DNA from: a virus
Virus record (IMG/VR): IMGVR_UViG_3300035182_002586
Span: 427,585-491,584 of that record
DNA: 64,000 bases
Reading direction: 5' to 3' (one strand)
Part shown: piece after piece, positions 18,615 through 26,723 of the stretch
Layout: each line of letters opens with the position of its first letter
Numbering within the stretch: position 1 is the first letter of the stretch
Made by a program: the position numbers and the translations under genes
The notes under the pieces: model-generated
The model's input: only the letters and a program-made list of their open reading frames with translations
Database searches by the model: none
Told to the model about the DNA's origin: nothing

Positions 18615-19128
18615 GTGCAACCAGCCTTTCCGAAAGCGCAAGAAGACCTCAAAGTACTGCTCCCCCGAGTGCTACTTTGCTGCGACCAGAGGAAAGACCA
18701 GACCCCCTCGACCTCCTGAGGTTAGAGCGAAGATCTCTGCCTCTCATATGGGGCGTCCCGTGTCAGAGGAGACCCGACGTAAGCTCTCGGAGTGGCGTCA
18801 AGGGCGTAAGGCAGGGCCTATGCCTCTGGAGGTGCGAGCTAAGATCTCTGCTGCTCATAAGGGACGCAAGAAAAGCCCTGAGCACATTGCGGCGATGGCA
18901 CGGGCGCATTGTAAAGGAAGGCCCCCTATGCCCGCTGCGGGACGATGGGCCGACCCCCGCTACTACACTTGGCAGGCAGCCGTGTTTGAGAGAGACAAGC
19001 ACACTTGCCAGTCTTGCGGGTACCCCCGTGGAGGCTCTCGACAGGGCCATCGCTCGGGGTGGGTGGCCGAGCATGATCTCCAGCCGGCGGTTCCGGATGT
19101 ACCAGGGGCGGCCGGGAGAGGTCATTGA
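18592..19128 (+). CDS. NUMOD3-repeat / degenerate HNH endonuclease-like protein
   Basis: two EVRAKISAxH NUMOD3 units, ERDKHTCQSCG HNH start then loss of HH motif/frame; lower GC. Confidence 0.6.
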   Translation: MVNDNGAKCNQPFRKRKKTSKYCSPECYFAATRGKTRPPRPPEVRAKISASHMGRPVSEETRRKLSEWRQGRKAGPMPLEVRAKISAAHKGRKKSPEHIAAMARAHCKGRPPMPAAGRWADPRYYTWQAAVFERDKHTCQSCGYPRGGSRQGHRSGWVAEHDLQPAVPDVPGAAGRGH

Positions 19129-19132
19129 GAAG

Positions 19133-19339
19133 ATGGACGAGGAGACGCGGGCCCTTCTCCGCGAACTACGGAGCGACGACCTCGCCCCTGAGAAGACCAG
19201 CCGATACGCAGCCTGGCTCGGCCAGAGCCACGAGGACGACCAGGCCAGGCAGTTCTCCGAGATGCTCCTCAAGCACGACCGGGAAGTTCTTCGCCTCCCC
19301 CCTCCGCGCGTACGCAAGGCGCAGGTCCCGTGGGAGTGA
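19133..19339 (+). CDS. hypothetical acidic helical protein 68 aa
   Basis: tail of 18179..19339 frame looks coding only from ~19097. Confidence 0.4.
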   Translation: MDEETRALLRELRSDDLAPEKTSRYAAWLGQSHEDDQARQFSEMLLKHDREVLRLPPPRVRKAQVPWE

Positions 19340-19367
19340 CCCTCTCGGTGTAGAGGCGGTCGTGAAC

Positions 19368-19610
19368 ATGACGATCAGAACCGCATTCGAGGAGATGCAG
19401 TCCCTCATCCGAGACCAGGGCGCCATCGGCACCGGAGCGGCGTTCGTCGCCAACACCTGCTTCCGACTCTCGGCCCTGTGCTTCCACACGGCTCTCGCGG
19501 ACGGGTTCCGTGGCACCCGGACCGGGCGCGGGCTGCGTCAGGTCGGGCGGAAGCTCGAAGGCGCGGCCGACTACCTTTGCGACCGGTACGACCCCGACAA
19601 GGGCAAGTAG
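19368..19610 (+). CDS. hypothetical protein 80 aa
   Basis: GGTGTAGAGGCGGTCGTGAAC-ATG. Confidence 0.55.
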   Translation: MTIRTAFEEMQSLIRDQGAIGTGAAFVANTCFRLSALCFHTALADGFRGTRTGRGLRQVGRKLEGAADYLCDRYDPDKGK

Positions 19611-19613
19611 GGC

Positions 19614-19790
19614 CTACGCTTGGTCCCGCGAAGCCTTGAAGGCTTCGAATCGAGCACGTGCGGCCTTCCGAGCACGTCGCAAGCGCATGTGCTCACGCCA
19701 TGCGTTCAGGGGGTTCTTGACCTGCCACCAGCGGAACGCGACTTCGGACCGTACGAGGTTCCACCACGAGGTGAGGGCTCTGTGTTCCAT
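19614..19790 (-). CDS. hypothetical protein 58 aa
   Basis: RC full motif (AATGGATCG-N-GGTGTAGTGAAGAC-ATG). Confidence 0.55.
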   Translation of the reverse strand: MEHRALTSWWNLVRSEVAFRWWQVKNPLNAWREHMRLRRARKAARARFEAFKASRDQA

Positions 19791-19874
19791 GTCTTCACTA
19801 CACCGCGATGAGAATTCGATCCATTCGCACCTCGGTCGGATGGATCGATCCGGGGGTCGCGCGGTAGTAGGGAC
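19791..19874. promoter_or_regulatory. 84-bp divergent intergenic region carrying two complete start-associated motifs back to back, one per strand
   Basis: seen directly. Confidence 0.7.
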
Positions 19875-20312
19875 ATGAACACCAACTACGCCGCCCCCGT
19901 CGACACTTTCCGCCAGGACGCCGGGGTTCCGGTCGCGGAGTGGGAGAAGCTCCTCATGGTGTGGACGCTCCGTAGCCTCAACCCGGCGGCGGACAAGTTC
20001 ACCACCCTCTCGTTCGCCATCCAGCAGGACGGGGAGACCTTCCGCGTGGTGGAGCGTGTCGACGGCATGTGCACGTCGACCGCCAACGGCGACTTCACGC
20101 TCTCGCAGACCTTCGAGGGGGCGGACGCCAAGAGCAAGGCGCTGTCCTACTTCATGGAGCAGATCCGCTGCGCGACCCCTCCGTGCCGCCAGGGCGCGCT
20201 GCCCGGGCTCGTCGAAGCTGCGGCGAACTTCGTGGAGACGTACGCCTACTTCGGCGGTTACGGCGGGTCGCCCTGCAACCAGAGCCACGTCCGGGTGGGC
20301 GGCTGGAACTGA
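19875..20312 (+). CDS. hypothetical protein 145 aa
   Basis: full motif GGATGGATCGATCC-N-GGTAGTAGGGAC-ATG. Confidence 0.75.
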   Translation: MNTNYAAPVDTFRQDAGVPVAEWEKLLMVWTLRSLNPAADKFTTLSFAIQQDGETFRVVERVDGMCTSTANGDFTLSQTFEGADAKSKALSYFMEQIRCATPPCRQGALPGLVEAAANFVETYAYFGGYGGSPCNQSHVRVGGWN

Positions 20313-20329
20313 CCGGTGTAGTAGAGGGC

Positions 20330-20695
20330 ATGACCCACTGGCGCACGACCCTGATCCTCGCTGCCTGCAACGTCCTGGCCTTCTCGGCCGGATGGGGAGT
20401 TCGCGCCGCACAAGGGTGGGCAGAGAAACCCACTCTGGAAATCCGCAGCGCACACGCAGCCGCGGTCGACGAGAACGCGTGGCTCAAGGCCAGCCCCCTC
20501 CAGGGAGGTCTAGCTCCGAACTTCACGGCGGTCCCCATGAAGCTCTGCCCGCAAGACGGGGGAACGTTCTGCCCGTACGAGTCGTGCGCGGCGAGCTACC
20601 CGCAGAAGACTGACTACGGCAAGCTATGGAATTCCTACGTGGTCCCGGGCAAAGACGGTCCCGTCGTCATCTGTGAGTGGCGCACGAAGTTCTGA
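20330..20695 (+). CDS. putative lipoprotein 121 aa
   Basis: GGTGTAGTAGAGGGC-ATG; N-term TLILAAC lipobox-like. Confidence 0.6.
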   Translation: MTHWRTTLILAACNVLAFSAGWGVRAAQGWAEKPTLEIRSAHAAAVDENAWLKASPLQGGLAPNFTAVPMKLCPQDGGTFCPYESCAASYPQKTDYGKLWNSYVVPGKDGPVVICEWRTKF

Positions 20696-20719
20696 TCTCC
20701 TTGTGATCGGGCGATAGGC

Positions 20720-20911
20720 ATGGACTCGGAGGCCATCAAGGGGGTCTACAGGCTGTGCCTGCTGATCTGGTGTCTCGGGGTCACGGTGCTTCCGGTCCTC
20801 ATCGGGCGAGGCATCATCGAGCCCGCCCCTGCAATGCTCGCGGTGCACCTGTATCTCCTGGTCCACTTCGGGAGCCTCGGCTACCTCCACCTTCGGGGCA
20901 TCGTGAAATGA
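20720..20911 (+). CDS. small membrane protein 63 aa
   Basis: two hydrophobic segments. Confidence 0.5.
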   Translation: MDSEAIKGVYRLCLLIWCLGVTVLPVLIGRGIIEPAPAMLAVHLYLLVHFGSLGYLHLRGIVK

Positions 20912-21195
20912 CCTCCCAACGTGTTCTCGCCCGCTACCTCGCCGCCTCCAAGATCCAACCCCTGGTCATGGACAAGGAGCGCTTCACGCGTTGGATCGAG
21001 GGCGTGACCCACCGGAAGATCAAGAACCTCACGGTGCGGATGGACGGCCCGAACACGGCCGTGCTCATCGTGGGGTTCGACGACACCAAGGGCCCAGTAC
21101 ACGTGCGCTACGAGATCGAGTTCGTCTTCTCGACCGTCTCCATCGATAGCGTGGCGATGACCCCGACCATCCGAAGCGTCAAACAGATCGACTAG
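20908..21195 (+). CDS. hypothetical protein 95 aa
   Basis: ATGA overlap. Confidence 0.55.
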   Translation: MTSQRVLARYLAASKIQPLVMDKERFTRWIEGVTHRKIKNLTVRMDGPNTAVLIVGFDDTKGPVHVRYEIEFVFSTVSIDSVAMTPTIRSVKQID

Positions 21196-21211
21196 CGGTG
21201 TACATGAGGAC

Positions 21212-21595
21212 ATGAAGGTCCCGGCCCGCGTCGTTCTGTCGAAGCCCCTCAGTCGCCACGCCTCCAAGGTGCCCGGCTGCTTCGAGATGAACGCCTACGT
21301 CATCGGCCAGGCCCCACAGCTCGAAGCCGCCACCGAAGCGTTCGAGCTGTGCGTCAAGGCGTTCCACGAGCAGCTCGAAGCTCTCGGTGTCGAGGTCATC
21401 ACGTCCAAGGCCGAGCTGCGTGCCCTACTCGGGGAGGAGGCCATCGCGATCCTCCCCCGGAAGGAACACTACGCCCCCCACGGCAAGCACATTTGCCCCA
21501 CGACCTTCGTGTCGGAGAAGCACCTGACGACGGACCCCGAAAAGGTGACCTGCCGCAACTGCCTCAAGCTGATGAAGGCGGGCAAGGTGCCGTGA
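21212..21595 (+). CDS. hypothetical protein 127 aa
   Basis: GGTGTACATGAGGAC-ATG. Confidence 0.65.
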   Translation: MKVPARVVLSKPLSRHASKVPGCFEMNAYVIGQAPQLEAATEAFELCVKAFHEQLEALGVEVITSKAELRALLGEEAIAILPRKEHYAPHGKHICPTTFVSEKHLTTDPEKVTCRNCLKLMKAGKVP

Positions 21596-21633
21596 TGGAT
21601 GGATCGGACCCACTGACACGATGTAGAGGGGGC

Positions 21634-21942
21634 ATGCACCCGATCGACGCCATGCTCATCCGGTCAGGCTTCGCGCCCGTTGGGGACGGCGACCGGTTCA
21701 TCCGCGTGACCGATGACGGTGTTCGCATCATCGTGGCGAGCGGAGTCGTGGCCGGCGAGCCCGTCCGAGACACCGCCGTCGTCCGCGTGGAGCGCGTGCG
21801 CCCGGGTTGGACGGAGACGTGCTTCCGCCGTACCGTCTCGGTCGGTTCGGCCAGCGACAACCAGATCACGTCACTCCTGAACCTGATGCGCTACGCCTGG
21901 CAGTTTGCCCGCGCGGTGGCGAAGAAGGACCACCATGTCTGA
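21634..21942 (+). CDS. hypothetical protein 102 aa
   Basis: full motif GTGATGGATGGATCGG-N-GATGTAGAGGGGGC-ATG. Confidence 0.65.
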   Translation: MHPIDAMLIRSGFAPVGDGDRFIRVTDDGVRIIVASGVVAGEPVRDTAVVRVERVRPGWTETCFRRTVSVGSASDNQITSLLNLMRYAWQFARAVAKKDHHV

Positions 21943-22207
21943 CCTTCGGTTCATGACCGACAAGAACGTCGGGTGGGAACGTGTGTGGAACCTCATCGCG
22001 CACACGTTTGGGTCCTTCGACTGTCTAGAGAACAACGAGGTCTGGCAGTACATGGGCACGACAGAGCGGGAGCACCAGTTCCGTCACCGCTCGTTCCGTG
22101 GCCAGCGCAAGTACCACAACATCGCGATCGACCCCCACGACTTCGACACGCCCCCCGAAGAGCCCGCCCCGACCCTGTGGGAACGCCTGGAGGAGCCCCT
22201 TTTCTGA
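21935..22207 (+). CDS. hypothetical protein 90 aa
   Basis: overlaps previous stop by 8 nt. Confidence 0.5.
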   Translation: MSDLRFMTDKNVGWERVWNLIAHTFGSFDCLENNEVWQYMGTTEREHQFRHRSFRGQRKYHNIAIDPHDFDTPPEEPAPTLWERLEEPLF

Positions 22208-22539
22208 TGGCTTCCCCCGACGAACGTGTGCTCTGGCTACTTCGCTGGATGACCAATCCGGTGAAGTGTTCTTCCGGGTTCCTGGTCGCGTGGAACGAGA
22301 ACATCGTGGACGCATTCGTCCAAGCTTTCCCCGAGGCGCAGAAAGCACTCCGCTACTACATGATTGGCCCCAACTCCTGCCCCATGTTGAACGCTGCGGC
22401 GAAGCGGGCCAAGGACGCAGGGTACATCACCCCCGGGGTCATCGGGAATGAGGGGGCGCGAGACTACAACCAACGCACGTGGTGCCGCACCTGGAACGTC
22501 ACTCCGGCGGGGCGCGCAGCCGCAGAGAAGACCCCATGA
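22207..22539 (+). CDS. hypothetical protein 110 aa
   Basis: TGATG overlap. Confidence 0.55.
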   Translation: MASPDERVLWLLRWMTNPVKCSSGFLVAWNENIVDAFVQAFPEAQKALRYYMIGPNSCPMLNAAAKRAKDAGYITPGVIGNEGARDYNQRTWCRTWNVTPAGRAAAEKTP

Positions 22540-22895
22540 TCGCCGTTGACCAGACCACGTTCGGCCATCCCGGCGGCAATTGCTTCTCCGCTTGTGTGGC
22601 GTCCCTGCTCCACCTGTCCGTCGAAGACGTGCCCTACTTCATGGGGCACGACGACTGGTACGAAGAATTCAGCAAGTGGCTCAAGCCACATGGGTTCGTC
22701 CCCCTGACATTCCGCCTCGACGGATGGACGCCCCCGGAAGGCGTCCTGTGCATCCTTGGGGGCAAGTCCCCTCGCGGGAGCCACGCCTGTGTGGGTCGAG
22801 GGAAGAAGATCGTCCACGACCCACACCCAAGCCGTGACGGCCTAACCGCGATCGAGGACATCACCTTCTTGATCCCCTACGAGCCCGTCCGCTAG
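22536..22895 (+). CDS. putative papain-like cysteine peptidase
   Basis: GGNCFSACVASLL Cys and GSHACVG His motifs; ATGA overlap. Confidence 0.45.
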   Translation: MIAVDQTTFGHPGGNCFSACVASLLHLSVEDVPYFMGHDDWYEEFSKWLKPHGFVPLTFRLDGWTPPEGVLCILGGKSPRGSHACVGRGKKIVHDPHPSRDGLTAIEDITFLIPYEPVR

Positions 22896-23470
22896 CTCTC
22901 ACGGGGCTTCCGTGCACCACCCGTGCGCCCGATGAGCCTTGCCTCCTCAGGCGTCCATACATGGGCCGTCCCCCGTGCGTGGCAGATCTTGCCCGCTGCC
23001 GCCCCCGTCTCGGAGGTGAACTTTGAGGCCGTCCCCTTCGCTTGCGCAGCTCGTCCGCCCTGACCCGCCCGCTCGCGTCGTTGCTCGGGCGTCAGGATCG
23101 AGAACCCGCTCGGCTTTGAGAGACCCACCCGGAACACTGCGAGAGGGGTGGCCCCTCGAAGAGCCGCGCACGGAGCGCAGTACCCCTCTTGCGAGATTGG
23201 GGCAGTGAAGGTGCGGCACGCCGCGCAGAGACGGTGGCCCGCAACGTCCACGAGGTAGCACTCGAAGCACCAGCCTGGGGTTACGACCTTGTGGCCACAC
23301 AACTTGAAGCACTTGCCGCACGGGGCCGGGACCCGTGGCACCGCCTTGTGCCCGTGTGCCGTGTGACACCCGCGGCAGCACGCCCACGGCTTGCCGAAAC
23401 GGCTCGGTGTGTACGCCTCTCTCGGGAGGTCGCGACGGCACCGGGGGCAATGTTGCGTATCAGCAGGCAC
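22892..23470 (-). CDS. Cys-rich multi-zinc-ribbon protein
   Basis: seven regularly spaced CxxC pairs; GGTGTACCGGCGCCCC-GTG. Confidence 0.45.
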   Translation of the reverse strand: MPADTQHCPRCRRDLPREAYTPSRFGKPWACCRGCHTAHGHKAVPRVPAPCGKCFKLCGHKVVTPGWCFECYLVDVAGHRLCAACRTFTAPISQEGYCAPCAALRGATPLAVFRVGLSKPSGFSILTPEQRRERAGQGGRAAQAKGTASKFTSETGAAAGKICHARGTAHVWTPEEARLIGRTGGARKPRES

Positions 23471-23675
23471 GGGGCGCCGGTACACCGAGTGGGGGACGCC
23501 GAGAGGCGCGGCTCACCTCCCAGTAATAGCGGCAGCCCTTCTCCGCGTTCAAGCGGTTGAGACGCTCGGTTTGTTGGTCGGCCTCATCGACCGACCCGAC
23601 GACCAACTTCACAACCACTCGGTCCCCGTCGGCCCGAAGAACCACGAAGCAGGGCTCAATTGTAGCGGGGTTCAT
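23460..23675 (-). CDS. hypothetical protein 71 aa
   Basis: GGTGTACCGGCAGCGCTGAG-ATG. Confidence 0.45.
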   Translation of the reverse strand: MNPATIEPCFVVLRADGDRVVVKLVVGSVDEADQQTERLNRLNAEKGCRYYWEVSRASRRPPLGVPAPRAC

Positions 23676-23717
23676 CTCAGCGCTGCCGGTACACCGCGTC
23701 TGGTGTACCCCAGAGGT
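23676..23717. promoter_or_regulatory. palindromic GGTACACC-6-GGTGTACC shared by divergent starts 23675(-) and 23718(+)
   Basis: seen directly. Confidence 0.55.
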
Positions 23718-24299
23718 ATGCCTCCGAAGAAGATCACGCTCCCCGAAGACGCGACGCTCCAGGCCGCACGAGATGCCGTCGAGTTCGGAAGAACTGGCCG
23801 CGAGGGGGTGATCTGCCCCTGCTGCGATCAGCAGGCTACGATGTACCGGCGCAAGGTCACCGCAGCCATGGCGAAGGTACTCCTGGCGCTCTACTGCCGG
23901 GATCTGACGGCACCCGGCGCTTGGGTTCGCATCCCGTCTCTTCTCAGCACGATGAAGGGGGCCGACGGCCAGGGAGGCGATTGGGGGAAACTCGCCCACT
24001 GGGACCTCGTAGAGAAGGGCACTGGGAAGCGTGAGGACGGCAGTAGCCGCACGGGCTACGCCCGAATCACGTCCTTCGGTCGGAAGTTCGCAGCACGGGG
24101 TGCCCGGATCCTACAGATCGCACACGTCTTCAACGACAAGTGCTTCGGTTACGACGGACCCCTCGTCACCATCGACGACTGCCTCGGGAAAGAAAACGCC
24201 TTCCTGTACAACGAGATCCTCTCGGGCGTCAGCATCCCAGAAGAGGACACCCGGGAGGAGCCGACCGAAGAGGCGAAGTTCTTCGAGTCCCTCATCTGA
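23718..24299 (+). CDS. hypothetical protein 193 aa
   Basis: GGTGTACCCCAGAGGT-ATG. Confidence 0.65.
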   Translation: MPPKKITLPEDATLQAARDAVEFGRTGREGVICPCCDQQATMYRRKVTAAMAKVLLALYCRDLTAPGAWVRIPSLLSTMKGADGQGGDWGKLAHWDLVEKGTGKREDGSSRTGYARITSFGRKFAARGARILQIAHVFNDKCFGYDGPLVTIDDCLGKENAFLYNEILSGVSIPEEDTREEPTEEAKFFESLI

Positions 24300-24667
24300 T
24301 GAGCCGCGAGAACCCCCAAGTCCAAGTGCTCCTGGCCCCCATCGACCAGGACTCCGCTGGAAGCTGCTTGCTTCTCGCACGCAACATCCGAGCGTGGGGG
24401 ATCTCGTGTCTCGTGGACGGGCGCGCCGTCCGCCTGAAAAAGAAGATCGAGTGGGCCGTGAAGATGGACGCGTTCTTCGTCCTCATCGTCGGGCCGGACG
24501 ACATCGCAGCCGGAGTGGTGCAGATCAAGGACCTCGACGAGAGCACCCAACAGACGGTCCCCCTCGCGAACACCCCCCGCTACCTCGCCGGCCAGCTCCT
24601 CGCCCCCGACGAGATGCGGCGGATCAAGCTGGACCGGGAAGTCGAAGACTTCAACAAGCAAGGCTGA
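24299..24667 (+). CDS. stand-alone class II aminoacyl-tRNA synthetase anticodon-binding (HGTP-like) domain protein
   Basis: VQVLLAPI..AGSCLLLARNIRAWGISCLVD..LKKKIEWAVKMDAFFVLIVGPDDIAAGVVQIKDL..QTVPL matches HisRS/ThrRS/ProRS C-terminal domain. Confidence 0.65.
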   Translation: MSRENPQVQVLLAPIDQDSAGSCLLLARNIRAWGISCLVDGRAVRLKKKIEWAVKMDAFFVLIVGPDDIAAGVVQIKDLDESTQQTVPLANTPRYLAGQLLAPDEMRRIKLDREVEDFNKQG

Positions 24668-24706
24668 GATCCGGTGTTACGCTTGGCCGAGGCCAGGAGG
24701 ATGAAC

Positions 24707-25258
24707 ATGGATCGAAGGACCGCCATCAGCACGCTTACCGGGATCGCTGCACTCACCGTCGCCGCACCCGCGCTCGCAGCCGCGCCGGGCACCCCTACCA
24801 CGACTCCGGGGTGCCCGAAGGATCACGAGTACATCGCCCTCGTCATCAGAACCCCCACGGCGCTCAAGACCAAGGAGGGCGTCGCCGAAGCCCTCCGGCA
24901 GAGGGTGCGGACCGAGCTGGCGAACCTTCCCGGGTGGGGCTACTGCGGGCTGATCCGGATCCGCGCCGAGGGCATCGACGAGAGCCTGACGGAAAAGGAC
25001 CGTCTGGCCCACCTCGCGATGGTCGAGGAGACGGTGAAGAACGATCCCGATTACGTGTTCGTCGCGAACTACGCCGCTAACGAGTGGCGGGTACGGGACG
25101 CAACGGTCGTGCTGGAAGAGGAAGCGGCCGACTTCACGTTCAAGCACCAGGAGTACGAGTGGCTCGTCGACGAGACGCTCAAGAACTGGACGCACGGGTT
25201 CGCGCCCTCCCACATCGAGTTCATCGCCTACGTGTCCGCTCCCAAGAAGAAGGCGTGA
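24707..25258 (+). CDS. Tat-signal secreted protein
   Basis: AGGAGG-6nt-ATG; MDRRTAISTLTGIAALTVAAPALAAAP. Confidence 0.6.
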   Translation: MDRRTAISTLTGIAALTVAAPALAAAPGTPTTTPGCPKDHEYIALVIRTPTALKTKEGVAEALRQRVRTELANLPGWGYCGLIRIRAEGIDESLTEKDRLAHLAMVEETVKNDPDYVFVANYAANEWRVRDATVVLEEEAADFTFKHQEYEWLVDETLKNWTHGFAPSHIEFIAYVSAPKKKA

Positions 25259-25289
25259 CGCTTCGGGCCCCGGTGTACGCGGACTGCCC

Positions 25290-25919
25290 ATGCAGTACGT
25301 GATCGAGACGCGAGACGGGGAGAAGCCGTGGGAGCCCTTCACCGAGCCCACCCTCGGCTTCGCGATTCTCGGCAAGGGGACGCAGCAGCTCAACCAGGTC
25401 CAGCGGATCTACCGGACCGAGAAAGAGGCTGAGGATCGCGTGGGGGAGCTAGAGCGGCGCCTCCCCCGAAAGTCCCCACTCGCGTACCGGGCCGTGGGCC
25501 TCCAACGACCGAACCTCGAAACCCCTGAGTTCGAGTGGGCCCGTGATGGCGCCCCCACGGCCGAGACTATCGCCGCCAAGAAGGCCGAGCTGGACGAGCG
25601 CCTCATCGCCCTGGAAGCGGAGAAGGCCAAGCTCACCGAGGAGTCCAACCAGCTTCTTGGGTACACCCTGGTCACATGTACCCGGAACTGTCATGGCCCC
25701 GGGTGCGGCAAGGCCACCCCCATCCGCGAGCTGGTCTACATCCAGACGCACTGGTACGTCGAGCCTCACGGCTGCACGGGTGGGGACTATTGGAGAGCAG
25801 GGGAGGGCAACTTCGACTGCCCTCACTGCGGGCACCGCAACCGGCTCTATGACCGCAAGCCCATCGAAGCGCTCAGGCACCTGTTCCGGGGCGTCACCAA
25901 CGAACACCGGGACAGGTAG
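25290..25919 (+). CDS. hypothetical protein 209 aa
   Basis: GGTGTACGCGGACTGCCC-ATG. Confidence 0.65.
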   Translation: MQYVIETRDGEKPWEPFTEPTLGFAILGKGTQQLNQVQRIYRTEKEAEDRVGELERRLPRKSPLAYRAVGLQRPNLETPEFEWARDGAPTAETIAAKKAELDERLIALEAEKAKLTEESNQLLGYTLVTCTRNCHGPGCGKATPIRELVYIQTHWYVEPHGCTGGDYWRAGEGNFDCPHCGHRNRLYDRKPIEALRHLFRGVTNEHRDR

Positions 25920-26399
25920 CTACCCGAGGGTGACCATCGAGGCGTAGGCAGCAGGCTTCGGAGGGTCGACCTTCATCGTGGTCAGGTGTCCCAACGAGTG
26001 GGCGAACGTGATGATCCACGCCTTCAAGTAGACCCCCGTGACACGGTGGACCGTGCGTCCGGGCCCCGCCAGTGCCTTGGCTGCCAGGACGACCTTCTCC
26101 TCAGGGGTCTTGGCCGGGACACGGACGATGCGGTCCGGTACGGGCAGAGAGCCCTCGACGGTGCATGTGACGACCAGGTAGGTGTCTGCCGGGGCGATGG
26201 AGCGGAACATCCCGTGATAGGGCTGCGGAACGTCGTCGAGGCTGGCGATTGGGGGTGCCATCGTCTCCACGGCTCCGACCGCTCCGTCCCGCATCAGGTC
26301 GAGAACCTCGGCCGGGTCTGTCACGCCCTCCTCCGCCAGCACAGCGAGGATCTTCCTGCCCACTCGTTCCTTCTTCGCAGTGTCCATCTCGCGAAGCAT
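25920..26399 (-). CDS. hypothetical protein ~159 aa
   Basis: convergent with previous gene, stops share TAGCTA. Confidence 0.5.
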   Translation of the reverse strand: MLREMDTAKKERVGRKILAVLAEEGVTDPAEVLDLMRDGAVGAVETMAPPIASLDDVPQPYHGMFRSIAPADTYLVVTCTVEGSLPVPDRIVRVPAKTPEEKVVLAAKALAGPGRTVHRVTGVYLKAWIITFAHSLGHLTTMKVDPPKPAAYASMVTLG

Positions 26400-26430
26400 A
26401 ACCACGCTGCATGAGGTGTAGAAGCGGATC

Positions 26431-26715
26431 ATGAGCACCGAACCCGCCCTCATGACCTTCGAGATGCTTCGCGACATCGCCACCCGGAAGGGCACGGTCC
26501 GCTGGACGGCCTCGGGCATCGTCGAGCACCTGCGGCTACACAAGAAGGGCTTCGTGATCGCCCGGAAGGTCAAGGACACCAAGGAGCACCGGATCAAGAC
26601 CCACGACGACGGCTACCGCTGCATCGAGGTCGCCAGGGACTCTCGGTTCCCGTCCGACCATCCGGAGGGCTTCGTCCCCACGATCCCCGCCGAGACACTC
26701 ACGGGCCTGGTGTAG
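26431..26715 (+). CDS. hypothetical protein 94 aa
   Basis: GGTGTAGAAGCGGATC-ATG. Confidence 0.6.
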   Translation: MSTEPALMTFEMLRDIATRKGTVRWTASGIVEHLRLHKKGFVIARKVKDTKEHRIKTHDDGYRCIEVARDSRFPSDHPEGFVPTIPAETLTGLV

Positions 26716-26723
26716 TCAGGACC

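Noticed and set aside
18179-19339. 386-aa plus-strand ORF
   Set aside because: Only its last ~70-80 codons look protein-like. The rest runs across the DUF1003 and NUMOD3/HNH genes in another frame and is R/S/P-rich.
25917-25922. Palindromic TAGCTA formed by the convergent stop codons of 25290..25919 and 25920..26399
   Set aside because: Probably coincidental. No extended symmetry around it.
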